A stretch of 63,990 nt of DNA, counting the filler, from Asterionella formosa (taxonomy: Eukaryota), in the NCBI GenBank assembly GCA_002256025.1. It is 17 parts of 17 records of this genome, joined end to end, with 100 filler letters (N's around TTAATTAATTAA, not from the genome) between each part and the next. Parts side by side here need not be neighbours in the genome. Positions count along the whole stretch, not along the records: positions 1 to 21,364 come from NKIB01003031.1; positions 21,465 to 42,799 come from NKIB01003033.1; 15 more parts are not named here. The stretch is one strand, 5' to 3'. Positions 11,801 to 25,419 of the stretch are shown here, piece by piece (positions within the stretch are counted from its first letter, which is position 1; every line of letters begins with the position of its first letter). The position numbers were made by a program, and so were the translations under genes. The notes beneath the pieces were generated by a model. It saw only the letters and a program-made list of their open reading frames with translations, did not search any database and was not told the origin of the DNA.

Positions 11801-14800
11801 TCCTCCTGTTCCAAGGGAGCCCCTTATAATGGTCGAGAGCATTCCAGAGTCAACAGAAGGATCATCGTAATCTTCGTCTTCTTCGTCTTCCTCCAGAGTG
11901 ATTCCAATACCTGATTTATTACCGTTCCCTTCGTCGTCGCCTTCGTTCAATCCATAAAGGCCGTACCACTCGTAGTTGGGTAGCATTCTACGCCGTTGCC
12001 TTTCATATCCTTCGGTCAAATCTAACTTCCACCGAGTTACAAGCTCCGAGGACGAATATGCGTACCTGTTGCCAGGTATCTCTTCCTCGTCGCTAGATTT
12101 GTTTATAGTCTCCTTTTCCCTTGGAACTAGCGCATCTAGAAGTCTAGTCTTCGAAAAAGGCGTCAGGGCTTCTTCGTCGTACCAGGATTCCCCTTCCCAG
12201 ATAGAGCAGGTGCCCTTCAATTGCCGTAGTAGAACCTTCCACTGGAGTGCACCTGACGAGAGGTCATCAAATCCTTGGCGTTTCCAAAGTAACTGGCTCT
12301 CGGCAGTTTTTTCGTGGCTACGCTGAGATAACTCAGCACGCTCCAATCCGCCAAGAATGGTACGATCAGAAGAATCTTGTGAAGTCAGTCGAAGAAGCAT
12401 ACTCTTTTGTTCGTTTTCAATTGCATCCTCCGGTGTAGAAGTTCCCATCGCAAAACTTGGGAAAAGGCGAGTAGACAATGTGTGAATACTGAGAAAAACA
12501 GCGTCGACTTGCGATTGGTTTCGATCGAGCCAATCAAAGAAAGATGAGTATTTTTTCTTGGATCCATGGTTCGGTCCTCCTGATCGTCTTGGCACAGTGG
12601 ACACGTTCTCTGCGATCGTCGCCGCTTCGTGGGCAACAAGGAGCGCTCCAAAACCACCACGATTCATGATGTCGACGGTTTCCATTCGATCACCACGAGG
12701 CACCTCAGCAATGAGAAGTTCAGACATCATTCCCCTTCGTTGCTGCAAGAGTGACACCACTATGGTGACCGCAGTATCTCGTAAATCTTCACGCTGGTCA
12801 ACGAGGAGCATGTGAATCTCATCCATTAAGGCAACCACAAAGGCCTTGTCAGGTTCTTCCATGACAGTCAGGTCGGGATACGTACACTGGAGAGTAGGAG
12901 GGCAGCAACGAGCGAGGCTATCGGATTGCCACAGTGGGTACATTCGACTTCCAGGTGGTGGCGTTGGAAAAGAAGAATTCACGCTCATCTGCGACTGCCT
13001 ACGAGGACCTTGGTTTCCACCTCCACTGGGCACAATCAAAAGCGAGTTGATGTTTTCATTGACGATATCAAGAACAGCAGCCTTAAGATCTTCGTCACCT
13101 TCATCATATGGAAACATTGGACGACTGCGCCTGAGAGCAGTCAAACATGTTAACCGCGACAAATGAGCAGCGTCGGCTGCTAGCATGTTCTGCTCTGTAT
13201 TGCCAAGGGTTCTCGAGGCATATGTTCCAGTCGTAACGAGGCAGCTCAAAGTTGAAACAATGATGTTGACTGTTTCCAAGACAGGTTCGGAAGTAAAAAA
13301 GCCTGCCATTAGGCGATCAAGAAGCACTGAACTTACACCTATACAGTTGGCCAATGCAATTGGATCCCCGCGCTGAAGTGCGTCTTCAACGACACTCTTA
13401 CAATGCTCGATTAAAACAAGATGAAAGGCTTCAACTTGCTCTGGGGAAGCATGAATAGGAAAAGATCGAAACAGTGCACTGACAAGCGGAGCAGCTAGCG
13501 GACCGGTAAGCACCGCATGCGAAACAACCAGGCGCAGTAGCTGCACCATGCCGATACCACTGCTTCCGGTTTCTTCTTCTGGTCGGCCAACGAATCTCTC
13601 CGTAGCGGTCTCATTCTGGGGTATTTCAGCTAGACTGCCGCGTCGACGCATCTTTTTTACACCTCCTTGTTGCAGATTTGGCATGAAAATATCAGATACG
13701 GCTCTCCCCTGCTGCCGCTGCTGCATACGCTGCAACTTTTCGTCGTGAACTAGACACAGAGCTTGAGCGAGTGGTTCCAGAAAATCAGGAGTCCTACAAA
13801 ACTCCTGGAAGGCCGTCGAGAATCTGTGGCGATGAGACAGCAGCTGCAAAACAGCTTTATTAGCTTGTCTAGCCTTTCGTCCAAGCTCGTTATTAAAAGG
13901 GGTGAGCTGAATGTTGCGCCCAAGGCACTCTGCCAGAAGGGCAAAAATACCACATGATGGATCTGAATGGTGGTGAAGGCCACCATAGCCCAAGTCAATC
14001 ATCACTAACTCTGTCGTATCACTTTCGTTATCAAATACCTCACAAAGCTGAGAAGCATCTAAAACTCCGAAACAAGGGAGATGCAAGATGGGCGCGTGAA
14101 GTAACTGACTCAGCATAGACATGGTAATACTTGGACAAGTCGAAAATTTTGGGATGCTCAAGACTAGTGGAGCAAAGCCACCGGCTTCCTCGAAACTTGA
14201 AGCGAACATTGGCGAGCTCTGCAGCATTAGCATCATCAGACGGAGGACGGCAGAAGCAGATGCTTCTTCATGGCAACCTTCAAGTAAGCAAGCAAACCAG
14301 ACTGGAGTAAGTACCCCAGCAAATGCATTGAGAAAAGCCTGTGCCTGCTGATGCTTAGGATGGAAAATGAAATCATCGGAATTTGAACCGTCTGTTCCAG
14401 GGCGTCTCTTGCCTCGCATCAGAGTTGTCGTCAAGTATGTTTGGTTTGTGCTGGCACCTCCACCAGCGTGGAGGATAATTGTGGGTTCAGATGTTCCCTC
14501 TCCGTCTACTTTCTTGTCAGTTCCCGAGGCAACGATTTCATTGACTCCGTCAACAACCAACTCTTCGATTAATCGAAGCAAATATACTCTGGCGACAGGG
14601 CCTGGCATTAATTTCTCGTCGTCGTTACTATCCGATTCTTGGCCTGTCGGTTTCTGTCCAGATCCGCTCACTCGTCCGTTCGTTGAGATACTTATAGTAT
14701 AGATAGCTGCTTCTGCGATGGCCTCGAGATCACCAGGGGTTAGCATAAATGTAAGGACTCGCCTTAGAAGGGTTTTACATGCTTGAAGAAGTGCATTGTC

Positions 14801-17800
14801 AGGGTCACCACCAACAGATGTAGACTCTACAGAAGGAGGCTTACAATACCAAGCATTTTCAGCAGCATTCGAAGTTACCATGCCATCTGTATCTCCATTC
14901 CCGTAAGAAGTTTTGGCTTGAGACATTGCAATCTCTCCCAGCGTATAAAACTCGGCTGCTTCGAGCATAAGGTGAAGGGTCCATCGCACAATACCAAGCG
15001 AGTGCAAACGTCGAGAATTGAATGCCTTGTGTGCAGAACTTTGAGCAACAAGACCGTTCAAGAACGACAGCAATCGCAAAGGGAGATCGGGACCTGAGTT
15101 CCTCATATCCCAGACTTGGTGGTTTAACAAAAGATACTTCATGGCGTCCAGGTCGGCAAATACCCATCTATCAGAGTTTGGCCAAAGGTCCGAAATACGG
15201 CCTGGTTGGCCGTCACCGTTCATATATGCTTCCGCTTTGTCCATCTCCGATGGTTGAAAGCCGTGGACGGCGAAGGCAACGCACTGATCAAGTACGCTTG
15301 AATCCATGATCTTCTTCTGACGCAGCAACACAGCCAACATCTTGTATCCACCTCCTGCCTGAAGCATCTCAAGGTTTGGTGGATGTCTATGAACACTCTC
15401 ACGGATGAGACGGAGGGCAGGCGCAAGAGTTCGGGCTGAGCAAGCTGCATTTATGATGGGGAGAAGAATACTTGGTCCACCAACCCATTGGATATTGTCC
15501 GCAAAGCAGTGAGGAGACATTACACTTCCAGTTCCGTACACGATTGCATCAGAGGAGACATCTTCGTGATTTGAGTTTATTCTGGCAACATTAATCAGAC
15601 GCAACGCATAGCCCTTCTTTTTTGCGGATGACGATCCACTACGCATGCTGCTGTTATTTGATCCCGCCCGGAACCCAAACAAAACCAAGTCGGGATTGAC
15701 AGAACAGAGCAAACCGAGCGATGCCAAAGAGTCCGAGTTGAGCACTTGGTTAGCTCCTCTTTCTCGCGTCACCCTTCCAGCAGCTTCGAGTCTTGGAATG
15801 TCACGTCGCCTAAGAGCACCCGCGACACTTCCTTGTTCTCCACTTTCTGCCAACATGGCAAATGCTGAAGTACTGACAGCTGCGAGAGAAAGGCGTTGTG
15901 GTCTGTCGCCCCAAAACATACCTTGGAAATCAGGGCCACTCATGAAAATAGCTGTTGCATCGATATTTGTCAATATTGCACCAATCATAAGAGTTGGTCC
16001 AAGCTCCCAGGGTGGCAAAGTTCCGCGAACGTAGCCACTCACCGCAAGTTGTGGATTCGGGACACCGATGTGAACCCTTGCATTTGGAGGAAGATTCACA
16101 CTCTCGACACGAACCTCTGCTTCCAAAGGACGTCCATCTACAAACAAGCCGATTACTGCTTTTCTTGACAGCATGGGCCGCTTCGGCGGAAGGTATGTAG
16201 CCATGACGTGATGCCAAACACCTTGTCGTAACGGAGAAACAGGAAAGCATATTGGTTCATTTCGATATGATGTGGATGACAGAACAGTGAATCTCTGATT
16301 TTGAATATCATACCAGAGCGAAAGATAGTCATGGTTTGCAAAAAAAGCTGGGCTGGAAAGATCCAAGACAAACAAACTGCCATTCACGTCATCTGCTACA
16401 GGTTTTGTCATACGAAGCCAAACAGAGAAAGTAAATCCAATGCTTGCAAGGGGCGTCCAAATCCTCTCACCAGAGCTTGAAGACGGGGCTTGGGTTCCAG
16501 CAGTGCTAGCGCCACCATGCACTGCAGCAGAAGAGTCGATACTCTCAATCTCGAGGAATTTGACTCTCGATTCTTCGGCCATTTTGTAGAATCGCTCCTC
16601 AATTGGAATATCATGCAAGTAAACAGCAATTGTATTCAGAGTATCACCACCTACTTCGCACCGAGGCACTCTGTCACCACGTTCAGCGATAATTGAGAGA
16701 GTTTCCAGTCGATTACAGAAGTCTGATTCTTTGGCTTGCCATGCTTCGGACGCGATCACATGAGGTGAAATTTGTGGTTGGGTTGATTGGACCTTGACTG
16801 ATGAGCTGATAACAGGAAGGCGAATGCGCGTATCGTTACTGTCAGGCCTCAGAATGGGTCCAGCAATACACCGTAGCATTCCCACGAAATCCATGTAAGT
16901 CATACTAAAGGCAGCAATCCGTCTGAGCAACAGCACAAATCGAGAATAAAGGTGGTGAGATCGATCTACAAGGATGAGGGCAAACTCATTTCGGTTTGTC
17001 ATGCTCCAGCTCAAGCCGCACAAGGCTATTTGAGATAAAGTTGATCCTGTCATTTCAGGTGCACAAAGTCTCAGCATTTCATCGAGTGCTCGTTTGGATA
17101 ATAAAACTCCGGACTCAGTCATCGGCAAACATATAGCGACGCCCATAACTAGCCGAGAAGCGTCTGGGTTTCGCACAAATTGTGTCTTCATGGTTTCTTC
17201 CTTTTTTACATCTCTGTCCGAAGAAAACCGTAAAGATGGATCAACGAAAGCCAAGGAGAGATTCATCACTGCAAGGGCACCACGTGATGACTTCAAGATG
17301 CCAGTACCGGCAATTGCTGTTGCAAAATCGACATAAAAACCTCGTTGGTGGAGATACAGCTTGTTGTTGCCAATTGAGGATGCAAACATTTGGGAGCTGA
17401 ATTCTTCCGTAAGAACATCAGCAAAACCAGATGTCGCTGAAAGTGGTATGATCAAGGAGCTATGTCTATTGGCATTCGGTATAGTCGCCGCACTTAGTAA
17501 GCCAAATAAAATTTCGAGGAGCTTCATGGTGGCAGACTCTGTTGTCGTAGTGATATCCTTTTCATTTTTACGGCCGTTGCTTCGGTTATTTTCCATTTCG
17601 TGGACCACTCCTTCAAGACAAAGTGGTGCTCTAACTATACATTCAAACCCGGCACTCATTCGGAATGCATCTTGAGCCATGTCGCTTCCCTCAAGCACAC
17701 ATTTCAACATATTGAACACTGCTGCTTCACGAATAATGGTATGAGGGTTAATTGGTATTTTCTCTTGTTCAATTAGCTTCTGTTCTGGAGCCTTGATGTC

Positions 17801-20233
17801 GAAACTCAGCCCCCTTTTCCGCTTCGATACTGGTCTAAAAACAGAAATGCATTGCATTCTACCTGTCATCTTCGCGAAACTATCCAAAAGCTCAACTACG
17901 AAATCCATATCTTTTTTCATGACATCAAGATTTTTTTCATGGACCATCTTCGCTTCGATTACACCCAGTGCAGCGAACGACGCTTCTTCGCCCAGGTGGT
18001 TGACTGCTGTTTCCAGTAGTACGTTTAAGTTTTTTGGTCCACGAGCATCGTCGTAATTGATTGACGATCCAGCCGACTTCGAAACGATTAACTTAAGAAC
18101 TCGACAAATGGAAGTAAAAACGCGATCCAGTGGAGTTTTCAAAGGTGGCTCGAAAAATAACTTTCCGTCCATTTCGAACATGCCATTCTGATTTTCGGCG
18201 ATGCTGCCAGTAACTTGCATAACGTAGTCTAGTACTTCACCCAACTTGCTAGACAAAATTCCACCATCGATCATTATCTGTGAAACTCTATCGTCGAATT
18301 CTAGCAACTTTTCTAGTGTGCCGCACATCATTTCAGTATCCAACAAAAGTGACTCATATATTCGAGCCTCTTCTTCTGAATCTAATTCAATTCCGTTGGC
18401 TCCTTTCAGTAGACTCTTGCACAGTGCAAAGAATATCTCACTTGCAACAGTCAAGGGCTTCATTGGGTCTGTCCCTGCCACTCCTGTCAGTACATATTCC
18501 AATGTCTTCAAGATAAGAACCTTCAAGCTGATATCTTCAAAGGTTGGGAAAGCTAACAGGTAATATGATAGAATTCGGTGTCGCTCCTCTATGATGTCGT
18601 AGTTTTTTGCGTGGTCTGAATACATCTGCAAAGTAGTCACAAGAAGCTCCATTGCCAGATTAAATTCGTCGGTTCCACTCGCATTTATTCCTGCGAATCG
18701 AACGTTCAGAGCTGTTCGCATTGAGAAGGTCGCGAGCTCTGTCAAACTTTCTTCAGTGGAAATATCTGGGCGCTGGCCACCATAAACTTGATCGAACTCT
18801 TTCAAAAGAGGTACTGATCGAACCATCAATTCTTCTACGATATCAAAGGCGGCAGGGTTAGTCGCTAGCTTCATGTTTTCGTTATCTTGGTCTGGTCGGT
18901 GATCCATATCAACATTGTGATCGCCATTTTCAGTGTCCCCGCTCATTCGAGAAACCATATCAGGGTTAATTTCCGTCTTGCAACATGCTAGTGTCGTGAC
19001 AAGTTCCAGGAGCTTCTTCGCGTGCGCACTGTTTGAATTTGCAATTGCATAACAGAGAACATGATATCCACCTGCGGTGCTAAAGTCATGAAGCAACTCT
19101 AAGCATCGGTGATTGCAAGACTGAACAACCAGATTCACTACTGTCTTGAGTGCAACAACCCAAAGTCCAGCCTCTTCCGCCGCGTCTCCGTATAAACATA
19201 GCGTCGACGACGCCGACGACGACGCTGCGGCCATTCCACAAAGCTCTTTGATATCATCGGTCATGTGAATAATCATCTTTCGATCGCGAAGAAACCATAC
19301 CAACGATGTTGAAAGACAATGTTCAGAGAAAGCAATAATAACAGCAGACGCAGCGCCGGAAACGTGAACACCCGAAAGGGGATATGAAGCACCGGATAAC
19401 GCCAGAAGTCCGAAAAGGTGAGGTCGTAGTTGCTCGCCTACGCTGGGGTCTGTGCAAAGGAGACATAATAGCCTCGAGACCTTTGAAGTCGCATTCGTAC
19501 TTATTGACTGAGCTGCTCCTTGGCCTCGCTGCTGCTGTGCGTTCGCGTGTTGCAGCTCGAGGACTCGAAGCAGTCGCAGACAATGAATCAGATTTGGAGG
19601 GAGCTCGTTTTCCACACATCTCACCACAAACTTATCGCATTGCGAATTTTCCAGAAGTATATCGATATCAGATTCGTTTCTTGAAAACATCCCTCCCTGG
19701 TCTTCATCACTGCCACCAAGAAGCCTAAGTAATTGTGATTTCCATTCACTATGAGAACCTCCATGCTGTCGCCCACTTCCTTTGGCAGCCATGACAATTC
19801 GTTGCACCCCATCGCCGAGATTCCTTGCAGCTACGCTCACTCTTCGCTCCATTTCTGCATCTGCTGCAGAGGGCCCTCTTGCCATAAATGCCATGAATCC
19901 ATCTTTTTGCCTCGTTCTGGGACGCGATCAAAACAGGGTTAGCATTTGCAGCTGTTGAAATGACCATTTCTAACTTGCAATCTTTCCGCAACATGGCTCA
20001 ATCTTTGCCTCCTTCATTGTGTATCAAAGCACTTACGATTGAACAGCTCTAGTACTTCCTGGCATCCCTTGACGACCTCCTCGTTCACTTCCAGGACCCG
20101 GATCCGCTCCATCATACCCGCCAGTACCACCTGCTGTAGAATTAGTACCAGACCCTGAATCTGGAAGAGTTCCTGTGCCTCGATCATTGCGATCGTCGCC
20201 AGGATCTTTATTGCCAAATAACCAACCTCTCAT
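8834..20233 (-). CDS. BEACH-domain protein (ConA/LamG-like, PH, BEACH, WD40; WDFY3/SPIRRIG/LvsA-like); exons 20233-20037 and 19916-8834, 3759 aa
   Basis: BEACH motifs GRSYNDLTQYPVFPWV, HYGTHYS, DVRELIPEFFY, WIDLVFGYKQ and FGQTP, with C-terminal WD40 repeats. A 120-nt intron 20036-19917 (GTAAGT..GCTAAC..CCCAG) joins the 20233 ORF in frame to the 19894 ORF. Confidence 0.93.
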
Positions 20234-20689
20234 TTCTTTTTCTAATTACACAATATTTGGGGCCTAGCATTCAAAAAGGGATCCACAATATCGAATCTCC
20301 GGCGGCCTCCTGGTTGTTATAAGAAGTTTTTTGATGAGGACTTAAAAAGGAAACGGCCTTGCTATTCTCGATGACCGCGGTTTTCCTTTGCTCATTACGA
20401 GGATCTGTTCGGGAGTAGTGGTCACATTTTTACGTGTACTCCCTGTAGTTACGGCGCGGACAATGAGCGTACTGGTACCGGTACCAGAGGAAGGTCCAGT
20501 AATCGAGAAATAGTTTAGCTGAATGTTTTTTATGTAAAAAACGTGTTTTACCGGACCTTAGAAGCAGGTAGAATATGCTGTCGTGGAGGAGTTTCGAGAA
20601 TATTTTTTTGGTGGGTGGTCAAGAATACCAACCAGGTAGTAATCATGTGACCTTTGTGAACAAGCTATGTACCTGGTACCCTGGTACTG

Positions 20690-20865
20690 TGTTGAAACTG
20701 TTAATATCTGCATATGATGCTCCATACATGCGCCGTACGAACCATACCGGCGCAGCCACCAGATTAGGTACATGCGTGAGTGCTAACAACGATGTACTTG
20801 GAACAGCAATAGAATAGTCATAATATTGTAGTTCACCTTTATTCACGATAAGGTTCCCCTCAACA
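20690..20865 (+). mobile_element. Putative 5' LTR (176 bp) of a CoDi-type Ty1/copia retrotransposon
   Basis: Bounded by inverted termini TGTTGA (20690-20695) and TCAACA (20860-20865), about 150 bp upstream of a CoDi gag ORF. The 3' LTR is not in the window. Confidence 0.7.
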
Positions 20866-21012
20866 GAACTACAATATCTGTTCTTTCTCTCTTGTCCGCA
20901 CCTGCGAAGTTGCGGGTCTTGTCGACAGTGCAAACCAGCACTGGTCTCAACAATCAACCGTCCAGCACCGCTTGCCCGTTCGCTGTCCCTGTCTCTCAGG
21001 CCTTCTTCCACC

Positions 21013-21364
21013 ATGACGACTCCAATCGTTTCCGCTGTTTTCCCCTTCCCTCATCCGCTCTTGACGCCGATCGAGGGCAAACCTACAGCCTTCACTGTAA
21101 CCCGCCTTCGCAAGGAACTCTTTGCCAACGCTCGCTCTGTCCACTGTACCAGTGGTGGTGGTGCCAATGGTTTCCTTGGTATTGTCATGGCTGCTGCTCC
21201 TTATCTCTTACGTGCCGGTGAACCCTTTGTACCGCCTGAACATCCCGGCATCCAGCCGACACACAGTGCTACTGCAACACAGTCCCAAATCACTGCTGCC
21301 AACCGTCTCTTTGACACCTCCCTTGACGCATTCCGCCGTTACTCCCAAATCCGTGAAATTCTCC
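21013..21364 (+). mobile_element. Gag N-terminus of diatom CoDi-type copia retrotransposon, truncated by contig end
   Basis: FPHPLLTPIEGKPT...LRKELFANARSVHCTSGGGANGFLGIVM matches the gag start I recognise from diatom CoDi elements. The frame is open to the gap. Confidence 0.78.
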
Positions 21365-21464
21365 NNNNNNNNNNNNNNNNNNNNNNNNNNNNNNNNNNNN
21401 NNNNNNNNTTAATTAATTAANNNNNNNNNNNNNNNNNNNNNNNNNNNNNNNNNNNNNNNNNNNN
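21365..21464. other. Artificial contig spacer (N44-TTAATTAATTAA-N44); recurs at 42800, 44213, 45626, 47039, 48452, 49865, 51278, 52691, 54104, 55517, 56930, 58343, 59755, 61167, 62579
   Basis: Identical 100-nt spacers with a six-frame stop linker. Flanking fragments are 1313 or 1312 bp, consistent with length-sorted concatenation. Confidence 0.98.
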
Positions 21465-22356
21465 TAAAGGCTCATCCTCCAATCAAGGAATTTCAAGTTC
21501 AGAATATTGTGGATACCAGTTTGCTGCATCATATGCAGCTCGAGCTACTATTTATAGTACATTGTGTATTTTCACCAGGAACATGGGTTTTCCAACATGA
21601 TTTGATTACAGATATGTAATTGATATTGGGATATCAATGTCGATAAGTGATAATTGACAAATGACTACGTCGTGATAATTTCCGTTGTCATTCTTGCGAT
21701 TACAAGGTTGTTGATGAGGCTTTAATCCTATTGGATAATCCTACTACCTTGGATAACCATGGACGAGGTCCTTATTCTATTTATTCAAGTACATACCAAT
21801 GGTACAATTACTTGTCAACAAACTATGCATACTACGGAACGAATTAATATCCATTACATCCAACCTTTTCAAAGGTAAAAGGTTTTCCCTTGGTGTGGGA
21901 GAGTGAGCGATCTTGCGCATCAATACAGACGTATATAGGGTTAGTGTTATATCATACATGTATAAGAACTCAATAATGAGAGAACTCGACTAACCCTCAT
22001 TGTATACTTTGGTGTCGACTTGGAGAACGAGTTATACACAAGGATTAACAAATAAGCTCATATATTCAACAAATACTACTACTTCTAGTTAGATACTTCA
22101 CCTGGTACCAGGGTACATACTCCGGAGTACCAGTTATTATACATAGAATCCTACAAAATATAAAAATCGAATGTAAACCCGGCATAAATCATAGTCGTCA
22201 CATCACAGATGTTGGCACATGATAATGATAGACGAGTTGACAGTCATTTCATTTTATCTCAACAACTTGTCCATCATAATACATTGCCCTCCATTTATTA
22301 TAGTTAGTTTTGCAGATTGTGCGATAAGCTAAGCTGCCCGCTGTTCAGCCCACATC

Positions 22357-24285
22357 ATGTCGTCGAAAAGTCGAGAGACCATGCTCATTTCACTTGGCTC
22401 CACCGCCAATTCAGTGAGCTCTCATCTACTAAATCTCTATGGATTGGCAGCCACTACCTCCAATGAAGGATTCGATGCTACAGTGACTCATACTGTACAC
22501 CAGCATACTCTAGTTCCTCGAGTCTTGATGGTTGATGAGCCGCATCAATTCCAGCGAGTCCTCCATCATCAGGGCGACCAAATAACATCTTCCCAACATC
22601 ATGATCTGTCAATGGCTTGGACTGGACTAGTCGAGAAGCATGTTGTTGAGACTACTGCTACTCAGAAGGAGGACACGCCATCACTCGCATTATTAGAGCG
22701 GTTGCATGAAGCAGCAACATCATTGGCATACTCGGAACACTCTAGATATCGAGAGCATGAACGACAAAAGGACATGAACGACAGTGGCAGGCATGTAGAT
22801 TGGGACAGTCTTCACGACGAAGACAACGAAGAGGAAACTGATGAAGAGCTTGCTAGACGTCAGATAAGAGAACAACAGCAGTGGATCCAACGTACAAAGG
22901 AGCCGTTAGAACGGCAGATGGATTCTCTTTGGGACCAACAGGACAAGGAGCTACCATGGATTTACTATTTCATGCCTCCTTTCCCACCCTTGTTTGCCAC
23001 TTCGCTACCATTCGCCCGTGATTCTCATGTCGACGAGACATGGGATACCTATCAAAACGGAGCTACAGATCTAAAGAGCTGGAAGGAAAATGAAATGATC
23101 GAGCGACTACGGCATTTGTTGGAGGACTGCGACTCCTTGCAAGGTGTAGTACTTTTGACAGAGGGCTGTGGGATCTATTCCGGCTTGGCAGTAGCCTTGC
23201 TACAAGAGCTTTGTGAAGAAAGCAAAGCATCAGGAAGGCTGGTATTCAATGTTATCGATCCTCCAGAAGCAGATACTACTGATGAAGGCTGGCAGCCAGC
23301 ACACGTGAGGTTGGTGCGACGAAATATTCAAGGTGGTCTGGCACTTCATGGTTTGGCAACAAATTGTCACGCGATGCTACCGTTATCCGTGGGAAAAGAC
23401 AAGTCTATATTTCATGCTACAACACAGCTGGCCCTGGGACTGGAAACCGCAACTTTGCCATATAGAATTGACGGTCAAGGGTCGCAGATCGGTTTAGCAG
23501 GTGGATATTACGCCGGCACAAGCTATTCTAGCGCAGGTTATGGCATTTCGGAGCATTTGTCCTTTGGCGAGTATTTGGCATCCTTACAGCCGTCGCCACG
23601 CTTGAAACTATTGGAACTTGCATTATGTACAGAATCAGTAGATCTAGCTTCCATGCTTTTGGAGGGAACATCGTTGGAACGAGATTATCGAATGAGAACT
23701 CGGGGCCGCGATGCACATCTGCTTCGACCTCGCGAAGTGTTGCCCGGTGGTTGGCTTGAAGCCGACAGCCTCGTTAGTTGCTCTCCCAGGGCAGTGGGAC
23801 AACGGTCGCTACATCACCATTTTGGTTTATCTGGCCTTATGCGACCAGCATCAACCTCATCCGGTGCTTCCGACTATCTCACGTGTATTATGGAGAGCAT
23901 TGGAATTCGTTATCGTCCTGAGGTTTCTATGGGTACTGTTACAAGCAGGAGCATTCATCAATTGGTTGCAGGTGGTTATGGTGCTGGTTCCTATTGGAAG
24001 TCGATGCTATTCCCAGAGACTCCTGTATTGGCAATACTTTCCAATTCAACTCGAAGCTATTCTTACCTCAACTCACTGTCAAGCAGCATGAGGGATGGAT
24101 TGTCACGCAAATTCAATGGCTATCATAATCGTGATGTCATGCAAAATATTCTACCAGAAGCAGAGGACTGCAAAGAGGCAATGGAGTATTCCCTTGATCT
24201 CCGAGATATCTATCATCCACCCAATGGGAGTGGGTTGGGAGTGGATGAGGAGGGAAACTATTTTGATTATGGTACCAGGAAGTGA
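22357..24285 (+). CDS. Misato/DML1 (tubulin/FtsZ-related) family protein
   Basis: N-terminal RETMLISLGSTANSVSSHLLN, PRVLMVD, and central RLRHLLEDCDSLQG are typical of Misato. Confidence 0.8.
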   Translation: MSSKSRETMLISLGSTANSVSSHLLNLYGLAATTSNEGFDATVTHTVHQHTLVPRVLMVDEPHQFQRVLHHQGDQITSSQHHDLSMAWTGLVEKHVVETTATQKEDTPSLALLERLHEAATSLAYSEHSRYREHERQKDMNDSGRHVDWDSLHDEDNEEETDEELARRQIREQQQWIQRTKEPLERQMDSLWDQQDKELPWIYYFMPPFPPLFATSLPFARDSHVDETWDTYQNGATDLKSWKENEMIERLRHLLEDCDSLQGVVLLTEGCGIYSGLAVALLQELCEESKASGRLVFNVIDPPEADTTDEGWQPAHVRLVRRNIQGGLALHGLATNCHAMLPLSVGKDKSIFHATTQLALGLETATLPYRIDGQGSQIGLAGGYYAGTSYSSAGYGISEHLSFGEYLASLQPSPRLKLLELALCTESVDLASMLLEGTSLERDYRMRTRGRDAHLLRPREVLPGGWLEADSLVSCSPRAVGQRSLHHHFGLSGLMRPASTSSGASDYLTCIMESIGIRYRPEVSMGTVTSRSIHQLVAGGYGAGSYWKSMLFPETPVLAILSNSTRSYSYLNSLSSSMRDGLSRKFNGYHNRDVMQNILPEAEDCKEAMEYSLDLRDIYHPPNGSGLGVDEEGNYFDYGTRK

Positions 24286-25419
24286 AAGTTCTCTTCAGGT
24301 AATAGCTCTAAATAGTTTTCAAAATACTTTACTCCCTCCATTCTTATATAGTTACAACCAAACTTAATGGTGTGAGCTTTCATGAAGTGAGAGCTCTGAT
24401 AATTCTCCAGCCAACAATCCCCCCTACTTCAAAATTATTCCGAATTGAATGGTGTATATAATAAATGCTCGAAGTCTCCTCTAAATACCAGTAGTTGAAC
24501 TTGACCTCATTTTTGATGGCGCATTTTGACCCATGGTACAATATCTCACATCCGCATTCAGCTATGCCAATTGTCCTTGATTGTTCTCAGATGTCATTGC
24601 TTGGCTTTCACCTGTAGTCCTTGATTTTTTTCTTTCATTTCAATTTAGTTTCTTGCTGCTGTTACCCTTGATTTGGTGACCTTCACTGTGAATGTCTCTC
24701 ATGTTGGTGCTAGTGCCATCTCCACATCATCATGATTGTAGTTCACCATCATTAGTGCTTGTATTTTCCTTATTTCGCCAGTGATTAGATTGCTGCTTTT
24801 GACAGCCTTTGCTGGGCTGAGAAGCGACAATGATGCTGCTGGTTTGCTGGTATCTGTATGACCCGCTATGTATGAGCATTTGCTTTTTCGCCATGGTATT
24901 GACGTCGTTTCCCGACGATTCCCCAAAGGGAACTGGGAAGCCTGCGTAGCTTGACTGCCAGCGGGGTTCGCAAAAGTGCGTGGAACAAGTCGTTCTAGTC
25001 GCTGAGCGTGTTCTAATTGTATATACATGAACATAGAGTGTATACAAAAAAGTCGCGGCTACAAATACCGGTAGCTACCTAGAGTATTATCACTTACGCA
25101 CCGGAATAGAAATGCATACATTGAAATTCATACAGTATTGACTCTACATATGATACTACCTGGTACCTTATGTGCATTCTTACCGGTACCGTTAACAATG
25201 GTACATGATTCTCCGGGAGTCCGTAGTACGGATTATAAAATAACCTATTCGTTAAATCAATGCGAAGTCTGAATCTTTGTGTTCCTTTCCTCCGCCCATC
25301 CTCTCATCAGCCCCATTTTCTAACATAAGCGAAACCAGTCAACATCCTCACCACATTCAGGACTTGACTCTGTTTTAAATCTGGTCGTCGCGGTACCTCT
25401 TCATATGTGAAAGGCCGGC

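Noticed and set aside
9291..19942. Many short ORFs overlapping the BEACH gene
   Set aside because: They are antisense or alternate-frame shadows of a long coding exon with no recognisable motifs.
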